Source: Acidimicrobiia bacterium
Lineage (GTDB): Bacteria; Actinomycetota; Acidimicrobiia; Acidimicrobiales; Bin134
Direction: 5' to 3'
Assembly: GCA_022819825.1 (NCBI GenBank)
Contig: JAJEGM010000053.1
Span: 3,722-67,721 of the forward strand
DNA: 64,000 bases
Each line of letters starts with the position of its first letter. Position 1 is the first letter of the stretch. The position numbers were made by a program, and so were the translations under genes. The notes below the pieces were generated by a model, which did not search any database, was not told where the DNA came from, and saw nothing but the letters and a program-made list of their open reading frames with translations. Below, one piece after another: positions 17,833 through 27,526 of the stretch.

Positions 17833-18908
17833 ATGGCCTCCAGTGCTTCGGCCACCTCATCGGCCACCGGAGCCAGTGAAGCGGAGATGTCCTCGATGGG
17901 CATGGGCGGGACTTCGGCCAGCGCCGGTATGACCTCGCGTCCCATGGTGTCGAGATAGTCGATCACCTCGTCGATGGGCATCTCGGGCCACTGGGGCTTC
18001 ACCACGAACGGGTCTATAGGCAGCTGTCGGGCCACCTCGGTGAAGTGGTCGATCACCTGTTGGGCCGTGCCCACCGCCACCGAGTGCTTTACCTCCTCGA
18101 AGAAGTTGCCCATGAGCGCCTCCTCGTCCAATATGTCGAGCTCCTTGCGGGCATACGCGAGGTATCGCTCCTTGCTGACGTCGACGAATCTGGCTCGTGC
18201 CTCCTCGTTGGTGGCACCCACGAAGGCGTTGCGCCGCAGGGGCTGATGGCCCATCGGCTTGCCCCGCTCGGCGAATCCCGCGGCCATGATGCCCAAACGG
18301 ACCCGCATCTCATGGATGTCGTACTCCGGCGGGATGATGAACCTGTCGCCCACTCGGCCCGCCCGCCGGGCGCCCTTGCGGGAGTGCGCTCCCATCCAAA
18401 TGGGGGGATGGGGCTGCTGCACGCACCGGATGTGGGGGGTGGCTCCCTGAATCTGCCAGTGCTGGCCGTGATAGTCGAAGTCCTCCATGGCCCAGCACAG
18501 CTTCATGATGTCGAGGCACTCGTCGAACAGGCTCACCCGCTTGCTGATCGGGATATTCATCAGGTCGAACTCTTCGCTCCGGTATCCGAGCCCGAGACCG
18601 ACGTCGAGGCGGCCCCGGGTGACGATGTCGAGGGTGGCAAGCTCCTCGGCCAGGATCACCGGGTGGTACTTGGGGGCTAGCAGCACGGTGGTGGCCAGCC
18701 GCACGTGGTCGTCGATCTCGGCGGCCAGGCGGGCGAGCAGGGGGACCGGCTGGAGCCAGCGCAGGTCGCCGTACAAGAAGTGCTGGCCGATGACGAAATG
18801 GGTGAGGCCGTTGCGCTGCCCGGCCTCCACTTGGCGCAGGATGCCGTCGAACTGCTCGATGGGGTCCACGTCGCGCGGCACGTCGCTGATGATCATGCCG
18901 AACTGCAT
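17829..18908 (-). CDS. LLM-class flavin-dependent oxidoreductase
   Basis: MQFGMIISD..., GRLDVGLGLGYRSEEF and PPIWMGA luciferase-like motifs. Confidence 0.8.
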   Translation of the reverse strand: MQFGMIISDVPRDVDPIEQFDGILRQVEAGQRNGLTHFVIGQHFLYGDLRWLQPVPLLARLAAEIDDHVRLATTVLLAPKYHPVILAEELATLDIVTRGRLDVGLGLGYRSEEFDLMNIPISKRVSLFDECLDIMKLCWAMEDFDYHGQHWQIQGATPHIRCVQQPHPPIWMGAHSRKGARRAGRVGDRFIIPPEYDIHEMRVRLGIMAAGFAERGKPMGHQPLRRNAFVGATNEEARARFVDVSKERYLAYARKELDILDEEALMGNFFEEVKHSVAVGTAQQVIDHFTEVARQLPIDPFVVKPQWPEMPIDEVIDYLDTMGREVIPALAEVPPMPIEDISASLAPVADEVAEALEAM

Positions 18909-18916
18909 GGGCGCCC

Positions 18917-20173
18917 CTAGACGTCGATGCCGTAGAGCTCGGCGGCGTTGTCCTGGAGCACGCGGCGGCGGATGTGAGGATCAACGCCGGCCAGCACCCG
19001 GGCGAAGTGCTCTCGGGCGCCCGGGAACAGGCACGTCGGGTGGGGGACGTCGGTCTCCACCAGCACGTTGTTGATTCCGACGTCTTCGATGAGCTTGGCC
19101 GGGGCCGACTTCTCGAACCAGAACATGACCCAGATGTGGTCGTTGAAATACTCCCGGGGACGGCGGGAGTTGAGGGCTAGCTCGTGGGCTTCGGTGACCA
19201 TCTCGTCGTACTGGTACTCGAGGGCTTCGAGGATGAAGGGAACCCAGCCGATGCCGCTCTCGGCCGAGACGATCTTGAGGTTGGGGTAGCGGTCGAACAG
19301 GTTGCTCATGCACAGGTTGACGATGATGCGCACGTTGCTCATATACATCTGGGTGGCGTGGATGGCGAGGCGACGCTGGTGGTCGAACTGCCCCCACCAG
19401 GTGCTGGGGGACACGGGAATGGGCCGGGGCAGGTCGTCGGGGCCGGCCTCGCCGCCCACCCGGGCCTGCTGGAAGCGGGCGCCTCGGATGCTCTCCATCT
19501 CGGCGCGGCTCATGCCGGCACCGATGTGGAAGTTGGCCACCGCTCCCGACTGGTTGAACAGATCCCACATGGGGGCGAAGTAGGGCTCCCAGAGCTCGGG
19601 TAGGCCCACCATCTCGGGCTTGTCGGAGAGGGTGAACCCGGTTATGCCCTTGTCCAGCAGCCGGGTCATCTCGGCCACGGTGAACTCCATATCCCAGATC
19701 GGGAGCATGGCCTGGGGGAACAGCCGGCCGTTGGACTCGTGCTGCACGTCTACGAAGAAGTCGTTGTAGATCTCCAGCACCATCCGCCGCTGGGCCAGAT
19801 CCTCGATGGCGAAGACGTGGTTGGAGGAGAAGCCGACGCCATTGGGGTAGAGGATCTGGGCATGCACCCCGATCTCGTCGCAGAGTTCGAGCCGCTCCTT
19901 CACGGCCCAGGCGCTGGTGTCGATGACATCGAAAGGCTGGACCACGTGGCTGCCCAGAATCTTCTCGTGCCCGGTTTGGATGGTGTTGCCACCGGTGCTG
20001 GCCCAGAGCTCGCCGTCCAGATACCACGCGGTGATGCCGTCGACCGTCTTCTGCACCGGCACTCGGTGGTGCATGGCGGCGGGGGTCCGGGCCGTCCACA
20101 GCTCCGGCGGCTCGGTGAAGTGGGAATCGCAGTCGATAATCTTCAGGCCGTCTAGCGGGTCATGTGCGTCCAT
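18917..20173 (-). CDS. Amidohydrolase_2 family metal-dependent hydrolase/decarboxylase
   Basis: IIDCDSHFTEPPELW N-terminal metal motif, and a C-terminal VETDVPHP. 418 aa. Confidence 0.75.
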   Translation of the reverse strand: MDAHDPLDGLKIIDCDSHFTEPPELWTARTPAAMHHRVPVQKTVDGITAWYLDGELWASTGGNTIQTGHEKILGSHVVQPFDVIDTSAWAVKERLELCDEIGVHAQILYPNGVGFSSNHVFAIEDLAQRRMVLEIYNDFFVDVQHESNGRLFPQAMLPIWDMEFTVAEMTRLLDKGITGFTLSDKPEMVGLPELWEPYFAPMWDLFNQSGAVANFHIGAGMSRAEMESIRGARFQQARVGGEAGPDDLPRPIPVSPSTWWGQFDHQRRLAIHATQMYMSNVRIIVNLCMSNLFDRYPNLKIVSAESGIGWVPFILEALEYQYDEMVTEAHELALNSRRPREYFNDHIWVMFWFEKSAPAKLIEDVGINNVLVETDVPHPTCLFPGAREHFARVLAGVDPHIRRRVLQDNAAELYGIDV

Positions 20174-20215
20174 GGCGTTCTTTCTTTGCTGCGACGGCTA
20201 AATCGATCATCGTAA

Positions 20216-21013
20216 ATGGAAGAGTTCTTGCTCACGGGGGTTTCAATGGGAGTGCTCGATGGAAGAGTAGCGGTCATAACCGCTTCCGGTTCAGGCATGG
20301 GCCGGGCCGCGGCTAGGCGCATGGCCTCCGAGGGCGCTCATGTCGTGGTGGCCGATCTTCGCGCCGATGCCGCTGCTGAGACCGTGGATTTGATCGCCGA
20401 AGTGGGGGGCGCGGCGAGCGCCTTCACCGTTGATGTAAGCGATGTGGCTCAGATTGAAGGACTGATGGCCGAGGTTGGCTCGACTCACGGCAAAATCGAC
20501 GTTCTCTACGCCCATGCCGGCATACCCGGTCCGGCCGGGCTCGACATGAGCGAGGCCGACTACGAAGAGACCGCGGCCATCAACATGAAATCGGCCTTCT
20601 TCACCGTTGCCCGGGCGGTGTCCCTGTTGGAGGCGTCGGGCAACGCGTCAATCATCCTCACCGCTTCCACATCCGGGGTGGTGGGCTCGCCGTTCTCGCC
20701 GCTGTACTCGATGACCAAGGGAGCAATCGTGACCTTGGGCAAGTCGCTGGCTCTGGCCTTAGCCCCCAAGGTTCGGGCCAACGTCATCTGCCCCGGCCCA
20801 GTGGACACACCCATGCTTCCGCTGTTCTTCGGACGGGAGCCCGGCACCGACGTCAAACCCCTGATGAAGGAGTTTCTGGAGACTTCGGTGCCCTTGCAGC
20901 GCCCATCGCAGCCCGAGGAGATCGCCGAAGTCGCGCTGTTCTTGGCCAGCGATGCCAGCAGTTTCGTGACCGGTGTCGCACTCCCGGTTGACGGCGGCTA
21001 CTTGGCCCGATGA
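20216..21013 (+). CDS. SDR family oxidoreductase
   Basis: RVAVITASGSGMGRAAA, YSMTKGA (YxxxK) and PGPVDTPM. The likelier start is ATG 20246. Confidence 0.85.
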   Translation: MEEFLLTGVSMGVLDGRVAVITASGSGMGRAAARRMASEGAHVVVADLRADAAAETVDLIAEVGGAASAFTVDVSDVAQIEGLMAEVGSTHGKIDVLYAHAGIPGPAGLDMSEADYEETAAINMKSAFFTVARAVSLLEASGNASIILTASTSGVVGSPFSPLYSMTKGAIVTLGKSLALALAPKVRANVICPGPVDTPMLPLFFGREPGTDVKPLMKEFLETSVPLQRPSQPEEIAEVALFLASDASSFVTGVALPVDGGYLAR

Positions 21014-22341
21014 CCAGCAGGAGCATCTCCATCGGCAGCGGGTCGGCGTATTCCACCGATCGGCTGGACTGGGCCCAGGAGCTGGCCGACAGCGGCCTGG
21101 TGGATTACATGGGCTTCGACTGCCTGGCCGAGCGGACCATGGCGCTGGCCCAAGTGCGCCGCCTTGATGACGAGACCACGGGCCACGACCAGCGGATCCC
21201 CGAGCTCATGCGCCGTTTCGCCGGCTTTCTGCGCCGCGGCGGAAAGATGGTGGGCAACTTCGGCGCTGCCAATCCGGCCGCCGCGGCCGACGACGTGCTG
21301 CGGGGGCTGAAGCTCAACGGCATCACCGGGGTGAGGGTCGGGGTGATCCATGGCGACGACGTGCTCGACCATGTGCTCGACCAGGACCTGGAGCTTCCCG
21401 AAATGGGGGTGACCGCCCAGGCCATCACCGCCAAGGTGGTATCGGCCAACGCCTATATCGGCGCCGATCCCATCGTGGAGCTCCTAGACGAGGGCGCGCA
21501 GTTCATCCTCGGCGGCCGCATCGCCGATCCGTCGCTCTATGTGGGGCCGATCGCCTATGAGATGGGCTGGGCGCTGGACGACTGGGAGAAGATGGGCACC
21601 GCAACCCTGGTGGCCCATCTTCTGGAGTGCGGCACCCACGCCACCGGTGGAAACTACGTGGACCCGCCCTACCGGGTGCTGGACGACATCGTCCACCTCG
21701 GCTTTCCCCTGGCCCACGTGAACGAGGACGAGCTGATCATCACCAAGCTGGAGGGCACCGGCGGGGCGGTGGACATAGGCACCATGAAGACGCAACTGGC
21801 TTACGAGATCCACGACCCGGCGGCCTATCTCACCCCCGACAGCACCGCGGACTTCTCCCATGTGTGGGTGGAGGAGGTGGATCCAAACCGTGTGCGGGTC
21901 GGCGGTGCCTCGGGCCGCCCCCGCCCTGACACTCTCAAGGTGCTGGTAGGGGTGGACCAGGGATGGAAGGTGGTGACCGAGATCTCCTACGGCGGCGCGG
22001 GCTGCGTGGAGCGGGCCCAACTGGCCGCGGAGGTGGTGGCCAAGCGCCTGGAGCCCCACCAGTCGGGCATCGACGAGATCCGCTACGACCTCCACGGTAT
22101 GAGCGCACTGTTCGACGGCCAGCTTCCCGGCGGCGACCCAGCTGAGGTGCGGCTTCGCATCGCGGCCCGCTGCGATGATCGGGAGACGGCAGACGCGGTG
22201 GCTTTCGAGGGGCAATTCCTGTGGATGGGACCGGCCGGGGGTGGCGGGGTCACCACCCAGATGGCACCGGCCATCGGGGTCACTCCCGCACTCTTGCCCC
22301 GCAAGGATGTGAAGCTGATCACTGAGGTGATCGAGGCATGA
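21010..22341 (+). CDS. Acyclic terpene utilisation AtuA family protein (DUF1446)
   Basis: ISIGSGSAYSTDRLDWAQELADSGLVDYMGFDCLAERTMALAQ is a typical AtuA/DUF1446 N-terminus. ATGA overlap with the SDR gene. Confidence 0.8.
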   Translation: MTSRSISIGSGSAYSTDRLDWAQELADSGLVDYMGFDCLAERTMALAQVRRLDDETTGHDQRIPELMRRFAGFLRRGGKMVGNFGAANPAAAADDVLRGLKLNGITGVRVGVIHGDDVLDHVLDQDLELPEMGVTAQAITAKVVSANAYIGADPIVELLDEGAQFILGGRIADPSLYVGPIAYEMGWALDDWEKMGTATLVAHLLECGTHATGGNYVDPPYRVLDDIVHLGFPLAHVNEDELIITKLEGTGGAVDIGTMKTQLAYEIHDPAAYLTPDSTADFSHVWVEEVDPNRVRVGGASGRPRPDTLKVLVGVDQGWKVVTEISYGGAGCVERAQLAAEVVAKRLEPHQSGIDEIRYDLHGMSALFDGQLPGGDPAEVRLRIAARCDDRETADAVAFEGQFLWMGPAGGGGVTTQMAPAIGVTPALLPRKDVKLITEVIEA

Positions 22342-22670
22342 AGCTGCGGGAGTTCGCCTACAGCCGCTCCGGCGACAAGGGCGACATCGTGAACCTGTGC
22401 GTGTTCGTGTACGACGACGACAACTGGGAGGTGCTGCGGCGCGAGCTCACCGTCGAGAAGGTGCGGGACAAATTCGGCAGCCTGGTTGACGGCGAGATCA
22501 CGCGCTACGAGCTGCCCGGCACCAAGGGCCTGAACTTCGTGATGACCGAAGCCCTCGGTGGGGGAGTGTCGATGAGCCTCCGAACCGACCCCCACGGCAA
22601 GTCCTACCAATCCCTAATCCTAGAAATCGACATCGACGCCGACGAGGAGATCAAGCCCCACCTCGGGTAG
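22338..22670 (+). CDS. Small AtuA-associated protein
   Basis: MKLREFAYSRSGDKGDIVNLCVFV motif (SRSGDKGD), typical of the about 100-aa partner encoded after DUF1446 genes. ATGA overlap. Confidence 0.7.
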   Translation: MKLREFAYSRSGDKGDIVNLCVFVYDDDNWEVLRRELTVEKVRDKFGSLVDGEITRYELPGTKGLNFVMTEALGGGVSMSLRTDPHGKSYQSLILEIDIDADEEIKPHLG

Positions 22671-22696
22671 CCGTTGAGGCCGGCCGGCTTATCCTG

Positions 22697-24199
22697 TCAG
22701 CCGGCGGCGAGGTGTTCTCGGAGTTCTATTTTGCGGATTTTGCCGGTGACGGTGCGGGGGAAGCTGTCGACGGCGATGAATTCGTCGGGGACCTTGATCT
22801 TGGCCAGGCGCTGGCGGCACCAATCCGCTAGTCCGTCGAGCGACTCTTCGGGTCGGAGCTCGACGAAGGCCACCGGGCGCTCGCCCCATTCGGGGTCGGG
22901 GCGCGCGACCACCGCTGCTTCGGCGACGGCCGGGTGGTCGTAAAGCACTGCTTCTATCTCGCTGGGGTAGATGTTGACGCCGCCGCTGATGAGCATGTCT
23001 TTGGACCGGCCGACGATGTAGAGGTAGCCATGGGCGTCCATGCGGCCCAGATCCCCGGTTCGCAGCCACCCGTCGACCAGAGCTTCAGCCGTCTGGTCGG
23101 GGTTGCGCCAGTAGCCGGCCATCACCTTCTCGCTCTTCACCCAGATCTCGCCCACCTCTCCGGGAGCGGCCAAGACGCCATTGTCGTCGTGGAGTTCGAT
23201 CCGGACCCCGGGAACGACGCGCCCGCACGAATCGAGCAGTTCGGGGCGTCCGGCCATGGCGAGGTCGTGGTCTTCGGGCAGCAGCCCGGTGAGGTTGGTG
23301 ACGCACTCGGAGATGCCGTAGCCCTGGTACAGCCCGCACCCGAAGCGCTCATAGGCCTGTTTGATGAGCGGCCCCGCGGTGGGAGCGGCGCCGTAGACGA
23401 TGAGCCGCAGGCTGGACAGATCGGCCTCCGCAAAGCCGGGATGGTCGAGGATGCGGCGCAGCTGCGCGGGAACCAAGATCGAGATGGTCACCCGGTGCTC
23501 GGCGACCGCGGCGAAGAACGACTCTGGCGAGAAGGAGCGCACCACCACGTGGGTCTGGCCGTCGGCCAGCATGGAGCACACCCGGGTGCCGGTGGCCGCG
23601 TGGTAAAGCGGCGTGGTGGACAAGAACACATCATCGGGCCGGAACCGCTGCACCAGGGCCATGGTCAGCCCGTTGAAGGCCAAGCCTCGCTGGGTGAGGC
23701 ACACCCCTTTCGGCCTCCCGGTGGTTCCGCTGGTGTAGATGATCAGCGCGGTGTCTTGTTCGGTAGCGCGATCCAGATCAGTGAAGGGCTCCGACGCGAG
23801 CAGGCTTACGTAAGAATCGCCGTCGGCATCGATCACTGGGCCGGTGGTGCCGATGGCCTCCAACCGTTCGGCGTAGGGAGGGGTTGCCACGGTAAGGGCA
23901 GGCTCGGCATTGGAGAGGATGAAGGACAATTCGGGATCGGTGAGCTGGGTGTTCAGGGGCACTGCCGCCGCGCCCAGGTAGGCCACCGCCAGATAGACGT
24001 CGAAAAAGACCAGCCCGTTGTCGGCCATGAGCGCCACCCGGTCGCCAGTCCCCACCCCCGCAGCCTCCAGTCCGCTGGCCAGCCGGAGAACTCGGTCGTG
24101 CAGCTCCCCAAAGGAAGCAGATGGTCCTCCGGCAACCGCTACCGCAGTCCGCTCGGGGTAGAGCGCCGCATCCCGCTCCAACAAGTCAACGATCCGCAT
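22697..24199 (-). CDS. Acyl-CoA synthetase (AMP-forming)
   Basis: YTSGTTGRPKGV, TGDLGRMDAHGYLYIVGRSKD and PRTVTGKIRK. Confidence 0.9.
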   Translation of the reverse strand: MRIVDLLERDAALYPERTAVAVAGGPSASFGELHDRVLRLASGLEAAGVGTGDRVALMADNGLVFFDVYLAVAYLGAAAVPLNTQLTDPELSFILSNAEPALTVATPPYAERLEAIGTTGPVIDADGDSYVSLLASEPFTDLDRATEQDTALIIYTSGTTGRPKGVCLTQRGLAFNGLTMALVQRFRPDDVFLSTTPLYHAATGTRVCSMLADGQTHVVVRSFSPESFFAAVAEHRVTISILVPAQLRRILDHPGFAEADLSSLRLIVYGAAPTAGPLIKQAYERFGCGLYQGYGISECVTNLTGLLPEDHDLAMAGRPELLDSCGRVVPGVRIELHDDNGVLAAPGEVGEIWVKSEKVMAGYWRNPDQTAEALVDGWLRTGDLGRMDAHGYLYIVGRSKDMLISGGVNIYPSEIEAVLYDHPAVAEAAVVARPDPEWGERPVAFVELRPEESLDGLADWCRQRLAKIKVPDEFIAVDSFPRTVTGKIRKIELREHLAAG

Positions 24200-24220
24200 T
24201 ATGCGAGATTCAGGTTGCCA

Positions 24221-24634
24221 TCAGACGGGCACGATGTCGACAATCTCATTCAAGCCTGCAAAGTCGTTGGGGTTGCGAGTATAGAGGGGCAAGTTGGCGG
24301 CGAGGGCGGTCGCAGCGATCATCAGATCGACTGCCCTTGCCCCGCGGGGTTTCCGCTCGGCGCTGAGGACCGCGGAGAAGACTCGTCCATAGGCCCGGGC
24401 GGCATCGACATCGAATGGCAATGGATCGAATGCAGCCTCTGTCCGCTGGAGACGATCTTGCCTCCGGCCTCGCTCCACTCTGTCGTTTGCGGCATGCGGG
24501 CCAGCTGCCAGCTCAGCCAAAGTCATGGCGCTGATGGCGACCTCGTACGGGAGGGCCGATGCCTCGATGTGTTCAAGATCGATGATCACCGAAGTATCCA
24601 GCAGCCCACGGGGCGGTCTTGGCGTCTCAGGCAC
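24221..24634 (-). CDS. vapC: PIN-domain toxin VapC
   Basis: LLDTSVIIDLE..., DLMIAATALA and LYTRNPNDF. Start GTG 24634 overlaps the antitoxin stop by 8 bp. Confidence 0.8.
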   Translation of the reverse strand: MPETPRPPRGLLDTSVIIDLEHIEASALPYEVAISAMTLAELAAGPHAANDRVERGRRQDRLQRTEAAFDPLPFDVDAARAYGRVFSAVLSAERKPRGARAVDLMIAATALAANLPLYTRNPNDFAGLNEIVDIVPV

Positions 24635-24881
24635 GAGGAGATGGATCTTGGTCGGCAACGGCGTCAAGGTCGGCCCGAAGATCCCAATAGTCAACACTGG
24701 GGGCAGTCCGGAAGAGCTCCACCGCAGCTTCAGCGGAAATGAAGCGGTGGCGGCGCAGCGGACCCAGCTCGCCTACCGGCACGCCATTGCGAGTCACCGT
24801 GAACGTCCTGCCCTCGTCGAGTTCGAGCATGATTTTCCCGCTGTTGTTCCGTAGCTCCCGCTGGCTGATCTCACGGCTCAC
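24627..24881 (-). CDS. Phd/YefM-type antitoxin
   Basis: MSREISQRELRNNSGKIMLELDEGRTFTVTRNGVPVGELGPL. Confidence 0.8.
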   Translation of the reverse strand: MSREISQRELRNNSGKIMLELDEGRTFTVTRNGVPVGELGPLRRHRFISAEAAVELFRTAPSVDYWDLRADLDAVADQDPSPRA

Positions 24882-24963
24882 AGTCTCACCGTAGCACGCC
24901 GTGCGACACCTATGCGGCCTGTATCCATCAAGCCAAGTTCGTCAGAAGGCAAGAGGGTATGGG

Positions 24964-25356
24964 TCAGACTTCCACCAGTTGTAGGGGGGTGTGCTCGGCG
25001 ATGTGGCCGTAGTCGCGGTCGTGGTGGAGCACGGGCACGTTGAGGCGGATGGCGACGGCTGCAATGAGGGCATCGGTCTGCGAGCGAACGGTGATTCCCC
25101 GCCACCTGAGTTCCCGATAGATCGTTGCAGCGTCGAGCCAGTCGAGCTTGGGGGAGAGCGCCTCGTGTTGCTGGGCCTCCAGCAACCGTTGGGTTCGGGC
25201 AACGGCATCTTGGCGGGCACCGGCCATGACCTCCAGCAGGATCGGGTCGAGGGTGACCACTTCTTGATCGGATATCGCCCGGCGCATTCTCTGGGCCTGA
25301 GGCGAGCCAGTCGCAGACAAGAAGTCGACCCAGGCGGAAGTATCAGCTATCAGCAC
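24964..25356 (-). CDS. vapC: PIN-domain toxin VapC
   Basis: VLIADTSAWVDFL..., DALIAAVAIR and VLHHDRDY. Start GTG 25356 overlaps the vapB 3' end. Confidence 0.8.
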   Translation of the reverse strand: MLIADTSAWVDFLSATGSPQAQRMRRAISDQEVVTLDPILLEVMAGARQDAVARTQRLLEAQQHEALSPKLDWLDAATIYRELRWRGITVRSQTDALIAAVAIRLNVPVLHHDRDYGHIAEHTPLQLVEV

Positions 25357-25588
25357 TGCTGCCCCAATCGGCGAACCGGCTGGCGCGCATGGTGTCGAGG
25401 TCGCCGTCCCAGCCGACCCCTTCCATTTCCAGTTGCTCTTCAATGGTCATCGGCCCGCCACCCAGAAGGCGCTCCAAGGCAAGATTCACCGCCTGGCGCT
25501 TGGTGCGAAGCCCGAATGTCTGCATGGCGCGCTTGATGAGTTCATCGTCGATATCGATGTTGGTCCGACTCACAACACCATCATACAC
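25343..25588 (-). CDS. vapB: VapB-type antitoxin
   Basis: SRTNIDIDDELIKRAMQTFGLRTKRQAVNLALERLL is a classic VapB (DUF2191-type) N-terminus. Confidence 0.8.
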   Translation of the reverse strand: MYDGVVSRTNIDIDDELIKRAMQTFGLRTKRQAVNLALERLLGGGPMTIEEQLEMEGVGWDGDLDTMRASRFADWGSSADS

Positions 25589-25629
25589 AGCAATGTGTAA
25601 ACTGCGCTGCGAGCCATAGGGAGGACACT

Positions 25630-26406
25630 GTGGAGTTGAACGGCAAGAGGATCATCGTCACGGGGTGTGCGAGTGGGATGGGGGCGGCGACGGTGCGGGC
25701 TTATGTGAAGGCTGGGGCTCGGGTAGTGGGGATGGACATTGCCGATGACGCGGGGCGGGCGGTTTGCGCTGAGGCGGGGGCAGATGGGTCTGGCGAGGTC
25801 GTGTACGTGTCGGTTGATGTTGCTGAAGAAGAGCGGGTGGATGCGGCGTTTGAGGAGGCAGACAACTTTTTGGGCGGGCTAGACGCGCTGGCGCATCCGG
25901 CTGCTATTCATGCAGCTTCCGCTGCGGAAGACGTGACCATCGGTGAGTGGGACCGGATGTTCGCGGTGAACGTGCGGGGCACGGTGCTGACCAATCAGGC
26001 CGCGTACCAGCGGCTCAAGGCTGGCGGGGGAGGTGCCATCATCAATTTCGGGTCGATTTCCGGCCAGCGGGCTGAGCCGGGAGCGGCGGCCTATTCGGCG
26101 TCCAAGGGAGCGGTACATGCCTGGACTCGCACTGCGGCCGGAGCTTGGGGGTCCGACGGCGTTCGGGTCAACGCTGTTCTACCGGCCATAAGGACTCCTA
26201 TGTTCCAAGCATCCTGGGATCGGGCTACCGATGAGGAGCGCACCGAGAAGTTCTGGCGGAACATCCACAGCATCGCACTGGGCCAGGACTACGGCGACCC
26301 GGATCGGGACCTCGGGCCGGTGATGGTGTTTCTGGCCTCGGATGCGTCCCGGTTCATCACCGGCCAGCTCATCCCCGTCGATGGCGGACAGGGGAACGTG
26401 CGCTGA
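25630..26406 (+). CDS. SDR family oxidoreductase
   Basis: KRIIVTGCASGMGAATVRAY, YSASKGA and a C-terminal PVDGG. Confidence 0.85.
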   Translation: MELNGKRIIVTGCASGMGAATVRAYVKAGARVVGMDIADDAGRAVCAEAGADGSGEVVYVSVDVAEEERVDAAFEEADNFLGGLDALAHPAAIHAASAAEDVTIGEWDRMFAVNVRGTVLTNQAAYQRLKAGGGGAIINFGSISGQRAEPGAAAYSASKGAVHAWTRTAAGAWGSDGVRVNAVLPAIRTPMFQASWDRATDEERTEKFWRNIHSIALGQDYGDPDRDLGPVMVFLASDASRFITGQLIPVDGGQGNVR

Positions 26407-26507
26407 AATCACGCGTTTGAGCGGCAGGCCTGGGATGGGGGAAATATGGCTGATTTCGTTCGTCCCCATCATCAGAATTCGGCGGGTGGGCCGTTAGTCT
26501 CAGCCGC

Positions 26508-27518
<1,011 letters not shown>

Positions 27519-27526
27519 GCGCCGGA

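Noticed and set aside
22934-24742. 602-aa plus-strand ORF
   Set aside because: It lies antisense to an acyl-CoA synthetase (TSGTTGRPKG motif) and runs through a VapC gene. It has no recognisable domain.
26421-26470. Hairpin GATGGGG...CCCCATC between the SDR gene and gap as a terminator or attenuator
   Set aside because: It has only a 7-bp stem, a loop of about 20 nt and no U-tract. That is too weak to call.
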